Part shown: piece by piece, positions 20,093-29,953 of the stretch
Layout of the letters: each line of letters starts with the position of its first letter
Position numbering within the stretch: position 1 is the first letter of the stretch
Source of the DNA: a virus
IMG/VR virus record: IMGVR_UViG_3300006056_000037
Length of the DNA stretch: 64,000 bases
Reading direction: 5' to 3' (one strand)
Translations under genes and position numbers: made by a program
Notes under the pieces: generated by a model
Databases searched by the model: none
Told to the model about the DNA's origin: nothing
Seen by the model: the letters and a program-made list of their open reading frames with translations, nothing else

Positions 20093-20560
20093 ATGACCGA
20101 GAGTAAGACGTGCCGAAAATGTAAAACCGCGAAGAGTCTTGATGAATTTCACGTAAACCGATCCCAGAAAGATGGACGAAATTACTACTGTAAAGGCTGC
20201 CAGAACGCCAAGTCCGACGCGTGGCGACAAGCTAACAGGGCAGTAGCCCGTGCGGCGGCACAGCGGTACCGGCACAAGATTCGAAAGAACCTACGGCGTT
20301 GGACGGATAGCGATGCCTACAAAGAGGCCGCAGCCGCACAAAACGGACGGTGTCCGATTTGTACGGCCACTCTTCGCCATGCTGTCGTTAACGTGGATAG
20401 CGCTGGGAACATTCACGGCGTGTTCTGCCGGCGATGCTACACGATTTTATGCTTGCTCAAAAAGGATCCCGAGGCTTTAACCAAATTCTCGCCATACGTC
20501 ACGTCACCACCCAGTTCGGGTGGAGTAAGCGCTGATACTGGTACCGGCGAACTTCTTTAG
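20093..20560 (+). CDS. Endonuclease VII-like Zn-finger protein, apparently degenerate
   Basis: AGGAG SD; KTCRKC...CKGC N-terminal Zn finger; QNGRCPIC...IHGVFCRRC EndoVII scaffold; canonical DHxH and CN residues are missing. Confidence 0.65.
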   Translation: MTESKTCRKCKTAKSLDEFHVNRSQKDGRNYYCKGCQNAKSDAWRQANRAVARAAAQRYRHKIRKNLRRWTDSDAYKEAAAAQNGRCPICTATLRHAVVNVDSAGNIHGVFCRRCYTILCLLKKDPEALTKFSPYVTSPPSSGGVSADTGTGELL

Positions 20561-21475
20561 GTTAATCTCGACCTTTTTGTTCACGACCCAAGCCTGGTAT
20601 TCTTGCCACAAACGCTGACCCTCCGCCATGTACTCGCGTTCCTTATCCTTATCACTCGTTCCACCAGTTGCCGTGCGGAAAACGTTCCGCCGGAAATGGT
20701 TCGCCATGGTCATGTGTAACTGGGCCAAAACCCCAGTTATCCATGCCCCGTGGAACGGAAAGTTATGCGTGGAAAAACGCTCGATCGGCGGAGGCGTTTC
20801 GTTCCATAACCGAACAGGCTCGCCCATCGCATTTAAAATTTGCTCATCCTTGAATTCAATGTCATCCAGCAACAAGTTTTCATTGCGACTAGAATCCATC
20901 AAACGCATACGCACTTCTTGAATGGTGGGTGGCCCTAGTTGCTTGCGGTTCAGCTTTGTATCCAACGCAAACATACTTCGCTCTACGGACATGATTCCGC
21001 GATCTATAGCTAAAGGCGAACCTGTCACACTCAGGACAGCAAATGAGAGTTCGTAGATGCCTGCGTGTTCTACCACTTTTGGTTCTAACGTGAACCGCAA
21101 GATCCCTTTGCTCGCGTCGTAGACATCTCCGTAGATGTCGTAAATCGGGTTCTCAGACGGATTGTTGCCGTCCACACCCCAACGCTTAATACGAACCTTG
21201 CACGTGCCCGCGGGTACCGTACTCTCACTAAGACTACCGCTTTCACTCTCCGCTCGCCCTAGCCATTCGCTCAAATCTACGGCTTTACCTTCACGGTTGC
21301 GAAAGACATGCTCTATCGTAGAACACACGCCCTGGTCCACAATAAAGGCTTTCAAACGTGTTAAAATCTTACAGTCGTCCATGGTCGGGATGCCAGCACG
21401 TACAATGCCCGCATCCGCAATAGCCGGAACGCCTGTAGAAATTGTCGAAACAATTGGATCAACGTAAATTGGCAT
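20504..21475 (-). CDS. Putative head-tail adaptor (neck 1) with N-terminal Ig-like domain
   Basis: GILRFTL...AGIYELSF Ig-like segment, then helical EVRMRLMD...EFKDEQI...WNETPP connector-like segment. Confidence 0.5.
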   Translation of the reverse strand: MPIYVDPIVSTISTGVPAIADAGIVRAGIPTMDDCKILTRLKAFIVDQGVCSTIEHVFRNREGKAVDLSEWLGRAESESGSLSESTVPAGTCKVRIKRWGVDGNNPSENPIYDIYGDVYDASKGILRFTLEPKVVEHAGIYELSFAVLSVTGSPLAIDRGIMSVERSMFALDTKLNRKQLGPPTIQEVRMRLMDSSRNENLLLDDIEFKDEQILNAMGEPVRLWNETPPPIERFSTHNFPFHGAWITGVLAQLHMTMANHFRRNVFRTATGGTSDKDKEREYMAEGQRLWQEYQAWVVNKKVEINLKKFAGTSISAYSTRTGW

Positions 21476-21482
21476 AAGTACC

Positions 21483-22133
21483 TCACGCAACAGTCAAGTC
21501 TACCGCTTTAGCCTGAATAACGCCCTGACGATACACGAAAAGGGTATAGGCCCCAGGATCCAGCATTAAGGCCGACGACCACCTCCCGTTCACGTCTGTA
21601 GTGGTTTGCGCGACGGCGTACTGGGCTTGTCGCCGTCCTGCCGCGTAATCCGCTCTACGAAACGCCAGGATCGTTGCATTGTCAATTCTGCGTCCGTCTC
21701 TGGTGGCGATCATCATAGCGTCCGTGCCGCCGTAATTATGATCAACGGCGACAGCTCCGTCCCCCACAACCTCGTCAACGCGCAACGGTGTCGCGTCGTG
21801 TACTGATATCGTTGCGTTTACTGCGGTATCGCTGCTGTGCCCGATCACGACCACAGATAAAGTATTCCCCGAGTCCAGTGGAATACTCCGACTGTTCAGA
21901 ATCGTTTTGGTTTCCCCGGCCTGGACTTGGACGGTCGAAGCTGGTGATAGTGCCACATCGTCAATGTACGGCTTCAAGATGTAATTAGTGCCGCCGTGAA
22001 TAGGTCGTTCGTCGTCCCCCAAATTAATGCGTACAACGACTTCTTTACTGGCAATACCTCCGTAGTGGTAGGAGAAAAGTTCTTCGCCAGCGTTTAGGTC
22101 AACGGCGTATTTCGTGATGCGTGCAAGTTCCAT
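21483..22133 (-). CDS. Virion structural protein with carboxypeptidase-regulatory-like beta-sandwich
   Basis: AQTTTDVNGRWSSALMLDPGAYTLFV motif. Confidence 0.45.
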   Translation of the reverse strand: MELARITKYAVDLNAGEELFSYHYGGIASKEVVVRINLGDDERPIHGGTNYILKPYIDDVALSPASTVQVQAGETKTILNSRSIPLDSGNTLSVVVIGHSSDTAVNATISVHDATPLRVDEVVGDGAVAVDHNYGGTDAMMIATRDGRRIDNATILAFRRADYAAGRRQAQYAVAQTTTDVNGRWSSALMLDPGAYTLFVYRQGVIQAKAVDLTVA

Positions 22134-23702
22134 TTAAAACGTTACTCCAAACGAGTCGGTACCGAAGACGATAGGGAAGTATCCATCGTCTTTGGACGCG
22201 ATTACTTCAGCTGGGGTGCCGACAACACTGACAACCGTATAAGCGCTTTGGGCACTCGCCAAGCCCGTACCTATCGCACCAGGACTCAAAGCTAATCCAT
22301 AAACCGTACCGTACGCGGCGACGCCGCGTGCTGCACCAGAAACCACAGTAGAACTGATCGCAGCTGTTACATCTAAAGTCGACGTACCTGCGACCACGAG
22401 CACTTCACCGCTACCTGCGGCATCTGGTGTATCTGCAGAGGCCTGTACTGTCGCAACAGTGCCGTAAGTGTCGACATTCGACGTACCGGCCCCCGCTGCG
22501 TATGCGGCTAACACAGTGACCTGTGCTAACGTTGGCACAACGTTGCGGGTACCGACAGTCGATACAACAGCGACGCCTGTGCTAACGAGATCCGCCGTAG
22601 CCGCAGCTACAAGCAAGTTCCCAGCGATACTGATCGCACTTAGTCCGGTTGTCGCAATGTTAGCATGCGAGCTAACTACTTCGTAGGCCCCAGTAGTTGT
22701 AGTACCTTGAAGTCCGGTACCTGTGACCACAGCAAAATCTGCAACCGCGGTATACACGATCGAGACCTGCGCGGAATCGCTAGCTACGAGCACGTCGCAC
22801 TCAGCACTTGTCGCGGTGGTGTCTGCCGTTACGTGTCCAGCTACGCCAGAAACCGCAATATCTTCCGTCGCAAGTATCGCCTGAATAGCACCGTTTCTTG
22901 CCGCGGCCTCGCCCGTGACCGTGACGCCAGTACTTTCTGCCGTTGCGGTGAGTTCGCCCAGACTGGTCTCCGCTTCTGTTGCTGCTACGGTCACACCCGA
23001 AGAATTGCCTACACCGGTTACTTGTCCGGAAAAGGCTGCTGACGTAGCTCCTAGCGTAACCGTTGCCGTCTCTGCATCACTTAACGTAGCGGCACCGCTG
23101 TCGGCTTGAGTACCGGCAACCGTAATGTTCGAGGCTGCTGCTTCCGCTGCGACTTCAAGAGGCACGCAATCAGCTGCAGCACCTTCCACAAAGGCGTTGG
23201 CGGTTTCTGCCGCGTTGTTGCTTGCAGGGACAGTGTAATCCGGCTGTGCCGCGGTAACCGTCACGTCTGCCGCCAATACGCTCGTAGTAATACCACCGAA
23301 TGCGTAGTCACTTTGTGCTGCGGTTAGCGCAACATCGGCACTTTCCGCTGCGGCGTACCCAGCACCAGTTACGGCGACACTGGTAGCCGCAACTGTCACG
23401 CTTGCGACACCGGCACCTACCGCAATCGCACCCACGCTTACCGTTGTTGCAACGGCAGAGACTATCGTGGTTACCCCGGCAGAGTTAGCCGTAGCCGTGC
23501 TTAGGCTGTAACCGAGCGAGTCGCCTGTTGTAGTGATAGACGCGGCAGAAGCCGTCCCGGACACACCGCTAAGTGTACGATCCGCCGCAATGCCGGTTAC
23601 TGTCACCGCAACACTGTCACTTGTGACGTTAATCGGCGGCGTGACTAACGCGATATCGAATGTGGGCGTTCCGTTGTCGCGAAGTATGACGTCAAAAGCC
23701 AT
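22134..23702 (-). CDS. Ala/Thr/Val/Ser-rich repetitive fibre-like protein
   Basis: 522 aa dominated by A,T,V,S,G with recurring A-x-V-T-V-x-[AG] units. Confidence 0.55.
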   Translation of the reverse strand: MAFDVILRDNGTPTFDIALVTPPINVTSDSVAVTVTGIAADRTLSGVSGTASAASITTTGDSLGYSLSTATANSAGVTTIVSAVATTVSVGAIAVGAGVASVTVAATSVAVTGAGYAAAESADVALTAAQSDYAFGGITTSVLAADVTVTAAQPDYTVPASNNAAETANAFVEGAAADCVPLEVAAEAAASNITVAGTQADSGAATLSDAETATVTLGATSAAFSGQVTGVGNSSGVTVAATEAETSLGELTATAESTGVTVTGEAAARNGAIQAILATEDIAVSGVAGHVTADTTATSAECDVLVASDSAQVSIVYTAVADFAVVTGTGLQGTTTTGAYEVVSSHANIATTGLSAISIAGNLLVAAATADLVSTGVAVVSTVGTRNVVPTLAQVTVLAAYAAGAGTSNVDTYGTVATVQASADTPDAAGSGEVLVVAGTSTLDVTAAISSTVVSGAARGVAAYGTVYGLALSPGAIGTGLASAQSAYTVVSVVGTPAEVIASKDDGYFPIVFGTDSFGVTF

Positions 23703-23709
23703 AAGTACC

Positions 23710-25650
23710 TCAGACGGCTACGCCGTCATCCGATCGGCCAAGTTTAGTCGCATCTTGCCTTGCTTGCGTAAACACATTGCGAGTGTTGTCGTACCACGTG
23801 AGGGAGTACGTGCCGCCGATTGCCGTCGTGGTTGATGTCAGCTTGTCCCCTGTAGTTGCATCGTGCAAAACCACAGTGACCCCACTTCCGTCACCAGAAT
23901 ACCCGGTCACGGTTCCAGCAACGGTAAAAGTAACATCGTGGTAGGTGACCAACATCACTAGACCGACCCGGCCCGTGCTAGGGGTATACCAACGATAGGT
24001 ACGGCTGGATTTGGGATTCATACGCTCAGTGTCTGGGTCACCCGCGTATCGATAGAAATGCTGCCCGGCATGTACGTGCGAAGGAGCAAAGCTTAGTTCA
24101 CCTGCAGCTTTGTACGCCGCAGCTCGCAAGTCTCGATATCCGGCTTGATCTCCTTCTCCGGAAAGCAAAGCCGCAGACAATATGTGTGAATCGTCCGTAG
24201 CCGCAGACCAAAGACAGACAGAATACCCGATTGATGTTATCCGATAAGTTGTTTCTGGAATGCTCGGCGCAAACGTAGCGATGTTGGTAAGTGAAGCAGC
24301 TAACGCATCGAACTGCGCCAGAACATACAGCACAGTGTGGTTATGTGTACCGACACCAGCCGCCGCCACGTCCGATTGGTAATTCAGCAGAACAAAACCA
24401 CTCAGATTCGGTCCGTAGGCTGTTGTATCGTCGCGGTATGTATCTACGACAATACTATTCTCTCCGCGGGCAAGCGTCGCCCCTACGCCCTGGGCGGACC
24501 CGGAATCGATCCGGTGCTGCAAAGCTTGATTACCGCAGGGAACCCCGGAACCGGAACCGTGTGCGTAAATACGGTAAGCCTGGCTCCCCGCACGTACGCG
24601 CCAGATACCCATGGTAGTCGCGTCGCTAATAGTCAGTTGTACGCCGGATTGCACCAGCGTGATAGTTCCGGGTTCTTCGATGTCGAACTTACACCGCAGA
24701 CGCGACGCTTCTGCAGACGTCGTTCCGCCCACCGGGGAAGATGAATGCAACGGCAAAATCACAGAGTTAAGCGTCCGCGTCGTCGTGGATGCGTTGAACT
24801 CGTAAGTAACCACCAACGTAATGCAGGCATTCATCAAACGTGCGGCAGTTGCCCACATTTTGAATTGATGTGTAGTTGTGGTTGTTGGAACAGCGCCTGT
24901 GAGCGACAGTATCCAACGACAATAACGATCAGACGCGAGACCGCTCTCTTGCGAGCCGAACGCTACTGCCGTAACACTGTCTATCTGCATAGACAACGTC
25001 CAGTCCGTCGTACCGGCATTGTTAGCTTCATTGCCTTCTACAACAAAGAAGTAATCGCGGATCGTTACAGACGCTTCTGGAAGTAATCCGCCAACACCTG
25101 TTAGTTGTGGGATCTGGTCAGTACCGATTTGTGCGCCTGTCGAGGTAGACAACACGCTACTACGGGATTCCAAAGGAATACGCACTGTCTTCACGTGCGT
25201 GGTAGCCGCATCATCATACTCGTACGTGACCACCAACTTGGCCGTGACGTTAATCATGCCCAAGGTTGTACCAGTGTTCTGGTCGAAATAGACCGAGCAG
25301 TCGCAAGTTTGGGACGAACCTGATCCGAAGTTTGACGTGAAGTAAGAAGTGTAGTCGAAAGGCATTAGCACGCCGCCGACGTTCTCACCGGTATGCGTAA
25401 TGTCGTCTGTCTCAGTGATCGTATTTGCCGCTGCCGCACCCAGCTGAACGGCTACGCGGTATTCTGTGATCGTGCCCCCAGTTGCGGTGACACGATCCAT
25501 AAAACCAATTTCAACGTACGCCGACCGAAACGTACGTGTCGTCTCCGGAATATAAACCGTAATAGTACCCAAAGACGTCAACGTAGCGTCGGTCACCGCG
25601 GTAGTCCGCGTTGGCCAAGCATACTCGACTGTTTTAATACGCGTGGCCAT
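23710..25650 (-). CDS. Beta-rich putative virion fibre/decoration protein
   Basis: 646-aa Thr-rich ORF, GGAGG SD; internally similar beta-sandwich units each ending L-x-[VL]-[TN]-Y-[EQH]. Confidence 0.5.
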   Translation of the reverse strand: MATRIKTVEYAWPTRTTAVTDATLTSLGTITVYIPETTRTFRSAYVEIGFMDRVTATGGTITEYRVAVQLGAAAANTITETDDITHTGENVGGVLMPFDYTSYFTSNFGSGSSQTCDCSVYFDQNTGTTLGMINVTAKLVVTYEYDDAATTHVKTVRIPLESRSSVLSTSTGAQIGTDQIPQLTGVGGLLPEASVTIRDYFFVVEGNEANNAGTTDWTLSMQIDSVTAVAFGSQESGLASDRYCRWILSLTGAVPTTTTTHQFKMWATAARLMNACITLVVTYEFNASTTTRTLNSVILPLHSSSPVGGTTSAEASRLRCKFDIEEPGTITLVQSGVQLTISDATTMGIWRVRAGSQAYRIYAHGSGSGVPCGNQALQHRIDSGSAQGVGATLARGENSIVVDTYRDDTTAYGPNLSGFVLLNYQSDVAAAGVGTHNHTVLYVLAQFDALAASLTNIATFAPSIPETTYRITSIGYSVCLWSAATDDSHILSAALLSGEGDQAGYRDLRAAAYKAAGELSFAPSHVHAGQHFYRYAGDPDTERMNPKSSRTYRWYTPSTGRVGLVMLVTYHDVTFTVAGTVTGYSGDGSGVTVVLHDATTGDKLTSTTTAIGGTYSLTWYDNTRNVFTQARQDATKLGRSDDGVAV

Positions 25651-25677
25651 GCGACACCTCCAGAACGTTGAATGGAA

Positions 25678-26025
25678 TTACTTGGCTGTAGCTACAACAG
25701 CTCCGATAGTCGGAGCTGCCGCGGTTACTTCTAAGACAGGACGAACGCTACGCGATTGCAAAACCGCAGCCTTCAAGATTTCTGGATCTGCAAACGCCAT
25801 AACAGCGTCCAGTTCCGCTTTAGTCAAACCGGCGAGCTTGGCCAGCGCAGAGTTTTTCGCCAAGACCGCAGTCAACACGGTTTTGACTGTTCGCCCTTCT
25901 GCCTTTGCTTGTTCTCGTCGTGCATCTAGCTCGTCCATAGCCGCCATGAGCTTCTCGACGGAATACTGTTCCAATTCCGCCACTGTAACGGTTTTACCGC
26001 CCAACGTAACCGTAACTGCGTCCAT
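25678..26025 (-). CDS. Hypothetical coiled-coil protein
   Basis: GGAGAG SD before ATG 26025; same strand as the operon. Confidence 0.55.
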   Translation of the reverse strand: MDAVTVTLGGKTVTVAELEQYSVEKLMAAMDELDARREQAKAEGRTVKTVLTAVLAKNSALAKLAGLTKAELDAVMAFADPEILKAAVLQSRSVRPVLEVTAAAPTIGAVVATAK

Positions 26026-26036
26026 CAGTACTCTCC

Positions 26037-26060
26037 AATTCAAAAAGTGGTTTTTAGATT
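26037..26060 (+). repeat. 24-bp dyad motif copy 4 (intergenic)
   Basis: AATTCAAAAA-GTGG-TTTTTAGATT. Confidence 0.9.
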
Positions 26061-26074
26061 GCCAGTGCCGCAGG

Positions 26075-26524
26075 TTACACAGCCCAACGGAGGTTACCGT
26101 TAGTGGCGTCGAAGTTGATTGTGAAATCGGACCCGTTTGTTGGGACGTTTCCGCCCGTAAAATCTAGAAACACGATTGGAATCGATGCACCGTCGTTGGT
26201 GATTTCTCGGATAAGTACTGCTGCCTGTACGGTATCGTTCGAGACGCCGCCCAACGCCGTCCACGTCAAATCGGAAAAGACAGTTACAACGCGGTTGTTG
26301 GCCGTTTGTTCTGTCAAAGTCGCTGTTGCTGCTTTGCGTCCACTTCCGTTAAAGCCGCCGGTGTAGTTGGTAGCACTAACTTCGTTTACAGAGGAAACTG
26401 CCGAGTGATCTGGATTGTAGGTGTAGGCACTACTCGCCAGCATGAACTTTAACGCCGTTGTATCCAAATCGATGGTGCCGTTGAGGATGTTGAGCACCCC
26501 GCGACTATAAGCTCCTGCAGCCAT
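26075..26524 (-). CDS. Phage fibre-associated structural protein
   Basis: IDLDTTALKFML...EVSATNYTGG...FSDLTWT...TNGSDFTINF pattern, as I recall from small phage structural proteins. Confidence 0.55.
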   Translation of the reverse strand: MAAGAYSRGVLNILNGTIDLDTTALKFMLASSAYTYNPDHSAVSSVNEVSATNYTGGFNGSGRKAATATLTEQTANNRVVTVFSDLTWTALGGVSNDTVQAAVLIREITNDGASIPIVFLDFTGGNVPTNGSDFTINFDATNGNLRWAV

Positions 26525-26544
26525 GTTGTCTCCTCCGTGAGTAG

Positions 26545-26946
26545 TTAGCGTAGTACAGGTCGAGTGCTGAATTCTCTGAGGGGGTCGCCGGTGTTTGTAC
26601 GAATAGTGATTCCCGTCTCAGCAGCGTTGATAGCCGATTGTAGTCTATCCGCCAGGTGTCGAGCTACGGCAGGAGGTAGCGGTATCAGTTGGCCAGGATT
26701 ACTGAACCTAATCGCAACACCGTTATCAAAATACCCTACGCTAGCTTCCCACACCTCCGTCATCAACTGCACACGTACAATGAGCTTACCGGAGGTTTTC
26801 ATGTGCAATTCTAAGTTTGTTGCCGCCGCTAATAGGGCATCTTTTAGTTTCCTAGCATCGTCCGTGGCCAGTAGAACACAGGGGTCTCTACTTTCTTTGG
26901 ACAGCACGATCAAGGCTTTGTCTTCTTCCACAGTTACGCGTAACAT
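26545..26946 (-). CDS. Hypothetical protein
   Basis: AAGGAG SD; in operon orientation. Confidence 0.55.
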   Translation of the reverse strand: MLRVTVEEDKALIVLSKESRDPCVLLATDDARKLKDALLAAATNLELHMKTSGKLIVRVQLMTEVWEASVGYFDNGVAIRFSNPGQLIPLPPAVARHLADRLQSAINAAETGITIRTNTGDPLREFSTRPVLR

Positions 26947-26964
26947 CTTGTATCTCCTTAAACG

Positions 26965-26996
26965 AAAATAGGCGGGGCGAAAACGCCACGCCTATT
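26965..26996 (-). terminator. Intrinsic terminator
   Basis: Minus strand AATAGGCGTGGCG-TTTT-CGCCCCGCCTATT then TT. Confidence 0.55.
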
Positions 26997-27019
26997 CTAG
27001 TCAAGCTAAACACTTAGGG

Positions 27020-27379
27020 TTACCCGTAAGTCTGTTCCAACGACGTTGAAACGTTCCAGCACGGATCTTGCACACCCAAAACCCCGTTGCGAAGCCGAAG
27101 CATTTTGGTGCTACCTGGGTTGGAATCGTCTTCCAAAATAACGCCAGGAGTACTTAAGATCTCCAGATCGCCGCGTTGCAAGCATTGCTCGAAAGCGATG
27201 ATGCTGCGACGTCCTTCCGTTCGCTCGTGTCGCATCAACGATTCGCGGATGTCACCAAAAACAGTAAGTTCCTCGTTCGCCTGCAGGGATCGCCCGTGCG
27301 GCGGGAGAAATCCGAACGTCTTGGTTTTGCCAGAGGTGTTCTTTACCGTACTGTAAAGACACCGTACGTCTAATGGCAT
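27020..27379 (-). CDS. Hypothetical head-region protein
   Basis: AAGGAG SD; downstream of the capsid gene. Confidence 0.6.
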   Translation of the reverse strand: MPLDVRCLYSTVKNTSGKTKTFGFLPPHGRSLQANEELTVFGDIRESLMRHERTEGRRSIIAFEQCLQRGDLEILSTPGVILEDDSNPGSTKMLRLRNGVLGVQDPCWNVSTSLEQTYG

Positions 27380-27391
27380 TGCTGCTCCTTG

Positions 27392-27802
27392 TTAGTTATT
27401 TCCGTAGTAGGCTCGCAACTGTTCGGCCTCGTTGGCCTTCAACGCGAGCACTGAGTTGTACATGACGGGATCGTCCATCAAACTGTCCGCAGCTCGCTTG
27501 AACATCTCGTCGTCGCTCACTGCTGGGGTGCCTGCAGTCAACCCATACTGGGCCACGACAGAGTCCAAACCGCGACTCATCTGGAGGTATGGATTGTCTT
27601 GTGCTTCAGCTTGCTTGACCGTGTCAAGCTGACTGATTTGCCGCAACTTACCTGCGGTCTCTAACATGGCTTGAGCCTCTTCTCGCGTGCTGGGCGAGAA
27701 ACCGGCTGCAGCGCATTTCTGGAAGAACACATTGGCGTGCACTCCCTCAAACAGGTTGTTGTAAGCGGTATCCACGTCTGGCAATGCACTGTTCTGACTC
27801 AC
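27392..27802 (-). CDS. Putative head protein with K-x-A motifs
   Basis: GGGAG SD, GTG start; QKCA, VKQA, FKRA. Confidence 0.6.
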   Translation of the reverse strand: MSQNSALPDVDTAYNNLFEGVHANVFFQKCAAAGFSPSTREEAQAMLETAGKLRQISQLDTVKQAEAQDNPYLQMSRGLDSVVAQYGLTAGTPAVSDDEMFKRAADSLMDDPVMYNSVLALKANEAEQLRAYYGNN

Positions 27803-27850
27803 GGTATTCTCCCTGTTCTGCTGAATAAGTATGTAACTGTGGCGTTGTCG

Positions 27851-28237
27851 TTAGCCGCCGCCTTGGTTCTTGAAAAACGACTGACCGACCATGCCTTCAT
27901 TTGCGTAAGGGTCGCGGCTGACCTTTCGACCGCCGACAGTGCCACGAGCCCAACTGTTCGGGGAATGTGCTGGAGGATCGACAGCCGCGTTTTCTGTAGC
28001 TGCGTCCGTATTGTCCAGCTCTGCTGCTTTATCGTTTGCGTAGACTGCCCGGATGTCGGAATGGGTAGATCCGACAGAGGGCGGTGCCGGTAAATCACTC
28101 GCCGCAGCGGTGCTGACCACGTTCCGCTTGGTGAGGGCCGTATCTGTGTACGCGCCAACACGTGCGGTTTGATTATCAGCGGTAACTGTGACAACTTCGC
28201 TCTGCGGTGCGGGCGGATCGTTATGTTGAACAGACAT
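27851..28237 (-). CDS. Hypothetical low-complexity protein after the capsid gene
   Basis: CAGGAG SD; ATG 28237. Confidence 0.55.
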   Translation of the reverse strand: MSVQHNDPPAPQSEVVTVTADNQTARVGAYTDTALTKRNVVSTAAASDLPAPPSVGSTHSDIRAVYANDKAAELDNTDAATENAAVDPPAHSPNSWARGTVGGRKVSRDPYANEGMVGQSFFKNQGGG

Positions 28238-28261
28238 CCGTGTCTCCTGGTGGTGCGGAAT

Positions 28262-28296
28262 AACAAATAAGACACGGGCCGGTATTAGCGACCCGT
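28262..28296 (-). terminator. Terminator-like hairpin after the major capsid gene
   Basis: Minus strand ACGGGTCG...CGGCCCGT then GTCTTATTTGTT. Confidence 0.4.
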
Positions 28297-28309
28297 ATCC
28301 AGTTAAACG

Positions 28310-29251
28310 TTAGTCAAAGTCAACGCGAGCCAAACCAGAGGTATGACCGATGGTCCCACCCATGGTTTCGTAAGCGAAGAACTCCAACATGTACGCTTCG
28401 CGACGAATGTACATCGTCGTATCTTCCAAGACAAATGCCTTCCCGATGAACTTCGGGTCGGCGAACTGATACATGGTGTTTGTGGCAACCAAGCCCTTTT
28501 TGATCGTGACGATCCACTTAACGCCGAGGAACGTCTGCAACGAGTACCCGTTCTTCATGATGTCTTCGGCAATGGTTCCCCCCATTTCATTGTGGGTGAA
28601 TTTGCCGATTTCTTTGATAGTGATGTTGTTCACCAGCACGACGTGAACTTCGAGGTTCGACGGGGTGTTAGGCATCACTTTCAAAGAATCCCACAGCGTA
28701 TCCCGGGTGATTCCCCCAGTGATAACTTCGTGTTGAACAGTTCCGGACGTTGGTACGACCAGCCCAGGTCCAACAAGTGCCGTGTTGACAGCACGGAGGA
28801 ACTTGCCGTCTTCCTCTGCGAGCATGTCTTTAATTGCGTTATCAGACAGGATTTGCCGAATGTCCATGACCCAAGTACGTAATTCGTCTACGTCCTTGGT
28901 GAATCGTGGAGTGGTGATCCGGTCGAACATAACGCGGTAACGATTACCACGAATGTACAAGTTCGTAGGCAAAGTAGCGAACGGGATGCTGATGGCCGCG
29001 GGGCTATCAGGTTCCTTGTCGATGACTTTGACTGGTTTGTCCGTGTCGACTTGGCGGTCGAGCTCGTCGTTAGTAATAGGGATCGGCGGCATGATCCGAC
29101 GATAGAACCCATCTTCACGCATTTTGGTGCGGGTAAAGTCGTTCACCGAATCCACAGCTTCTTTGACCAAAACGTGATCTTGGCTGGAAAGCTTATCGAA
29201 AACGGCTTCAGACATCAGCCGACTATCTTCTTGCGTCATCACCTGGGGCAT
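28310..29251 (-). CDS. Major capsid protein (HK97 fold)
   Basis: 313 aa after protease-scaffold-decoration genes; REDGFYRRIMPP, spine-helix-like AIKDMLAEEDGKFL, C-terminal FFAYETMGGTIGHTSGLARVDF. Confidence 0.75.
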   Translation of the reverse strand: MPQVMTQEDSRLMSEAVFDKLSSQDHVLVKEAVDSVNDFTRTKMREDGFYRRIMPPIPITNDELDRQVDTDKPVKVIDKEPDSPAAISIPFATLPTNLYIRGNRYRVMFDRITTPRFTKDVDELRTWVMDIRQILSDNAIKDMLAEEDGKFLRAVNTALVGPGLVVPTSGTVQHEVITGGITRDTLWDSLKVMPNTPSNLEVHVVLVNNITIKEIGKFTHNEMGGTIAEDIMKNGYSLQTFLGVKWIVTIKKGLVATNTMYQFADPKFIGKAFVLEDTTMYIRREAYMLEFFAYETMGGTIGHTSGLARVDFD

Positions 29252-29350
29252 GGGGGGTAAACCTCCGTGTCAGTTATATGTTAAGTTCATCCGTGAGAAT
29301 GCCTGCAAATACGCACTTGCAGGCGTTAGTAACAGTTAGGGGAGATTAGG

Positions 29351-29881
29351 TCACGATGTTGGGAAAACAGGGAATGGCCAGAACGCGACAGAGTCGTGTC
29401 CGTATCCGTTATCGACAACACCGCGAGAAACGAAGCCGACAATCATGTCGGTGTACAAAGTACCGACAGCCAACTTTCCTGCAGACCCTCCGCTCTTAGC
29501 GGCGGTAAGTGGGTCGTTGGGTTCGTAGGTGCCAGCCACAAACGCGGTCGACACTAGTTCATAGGCACCAGTCGCGACCAAAGCCATGGCCTGCCCGGTG
29601 GGGTTGATCGCAATCCACACGCCTTTTTCAGTGGCGGGATCGCCACCTTCGTTCTGGACGTCTGGATCGTCACTTCCGTTGAACATGAACAAAGGCATAA
29701 CTGGATCGGTACCGACACCGAGTTCGTACTCGCCGTCGGAGTTGAGGTGAACAACAGATCCAGGAAGTACTGTGTTGGTGACGCTGGCAGCGAACCGGGT
29801 GTGGAAATCAACTGCCGCTGGTTGCGGCCACCCTTTCAAGGCGTTAAGGGTGTTTGCCGTCATTTGGCGAGGTGCAGCCAT
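29351..29881 (-). CDS. Putative capsid decoration/cement protein
   Basis: Beta-rich ~176 aa directly upstream of MCP; TYEPNDPLTA...GKL pattern; ATG 29881 after CACGGAGG. Confidence 0.55.
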   Translation of the reverse strand: MAAPRQMTANTLNALKGWPQPAAVDFHTRFAASVTNTVLPGSVVHLNSDGEYELGVGTDPVMPLFMFNGSDDPDVQNEGGDPATEKGVWIAINPTGQAMALVATGAYELVSTAFVAGTYEPNDPLTAAKSGGSAGKLAVGTLYTDMIVGFVSRGVVDNGYGHDSVAFWPFPVFPTS

Positions 29882-29953
29882 TAAACCAATCCTCCGTGAA
29901 ATTCTGATCAAGAGAGGCATTCGTGCCTCTCGGGTTATTTAACCAACGAAGCG

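Noticed and set aside
25643..26167. 174-aa plus-strand ORF
   Set aside because: Antisense to SD-supported minus-strand genes
28310..29251. Encapsulin nanocompartment shell
   Set aside because: Size is similar, but the protease-scaffold-decoration-neck context indicates a phage major capsid protein
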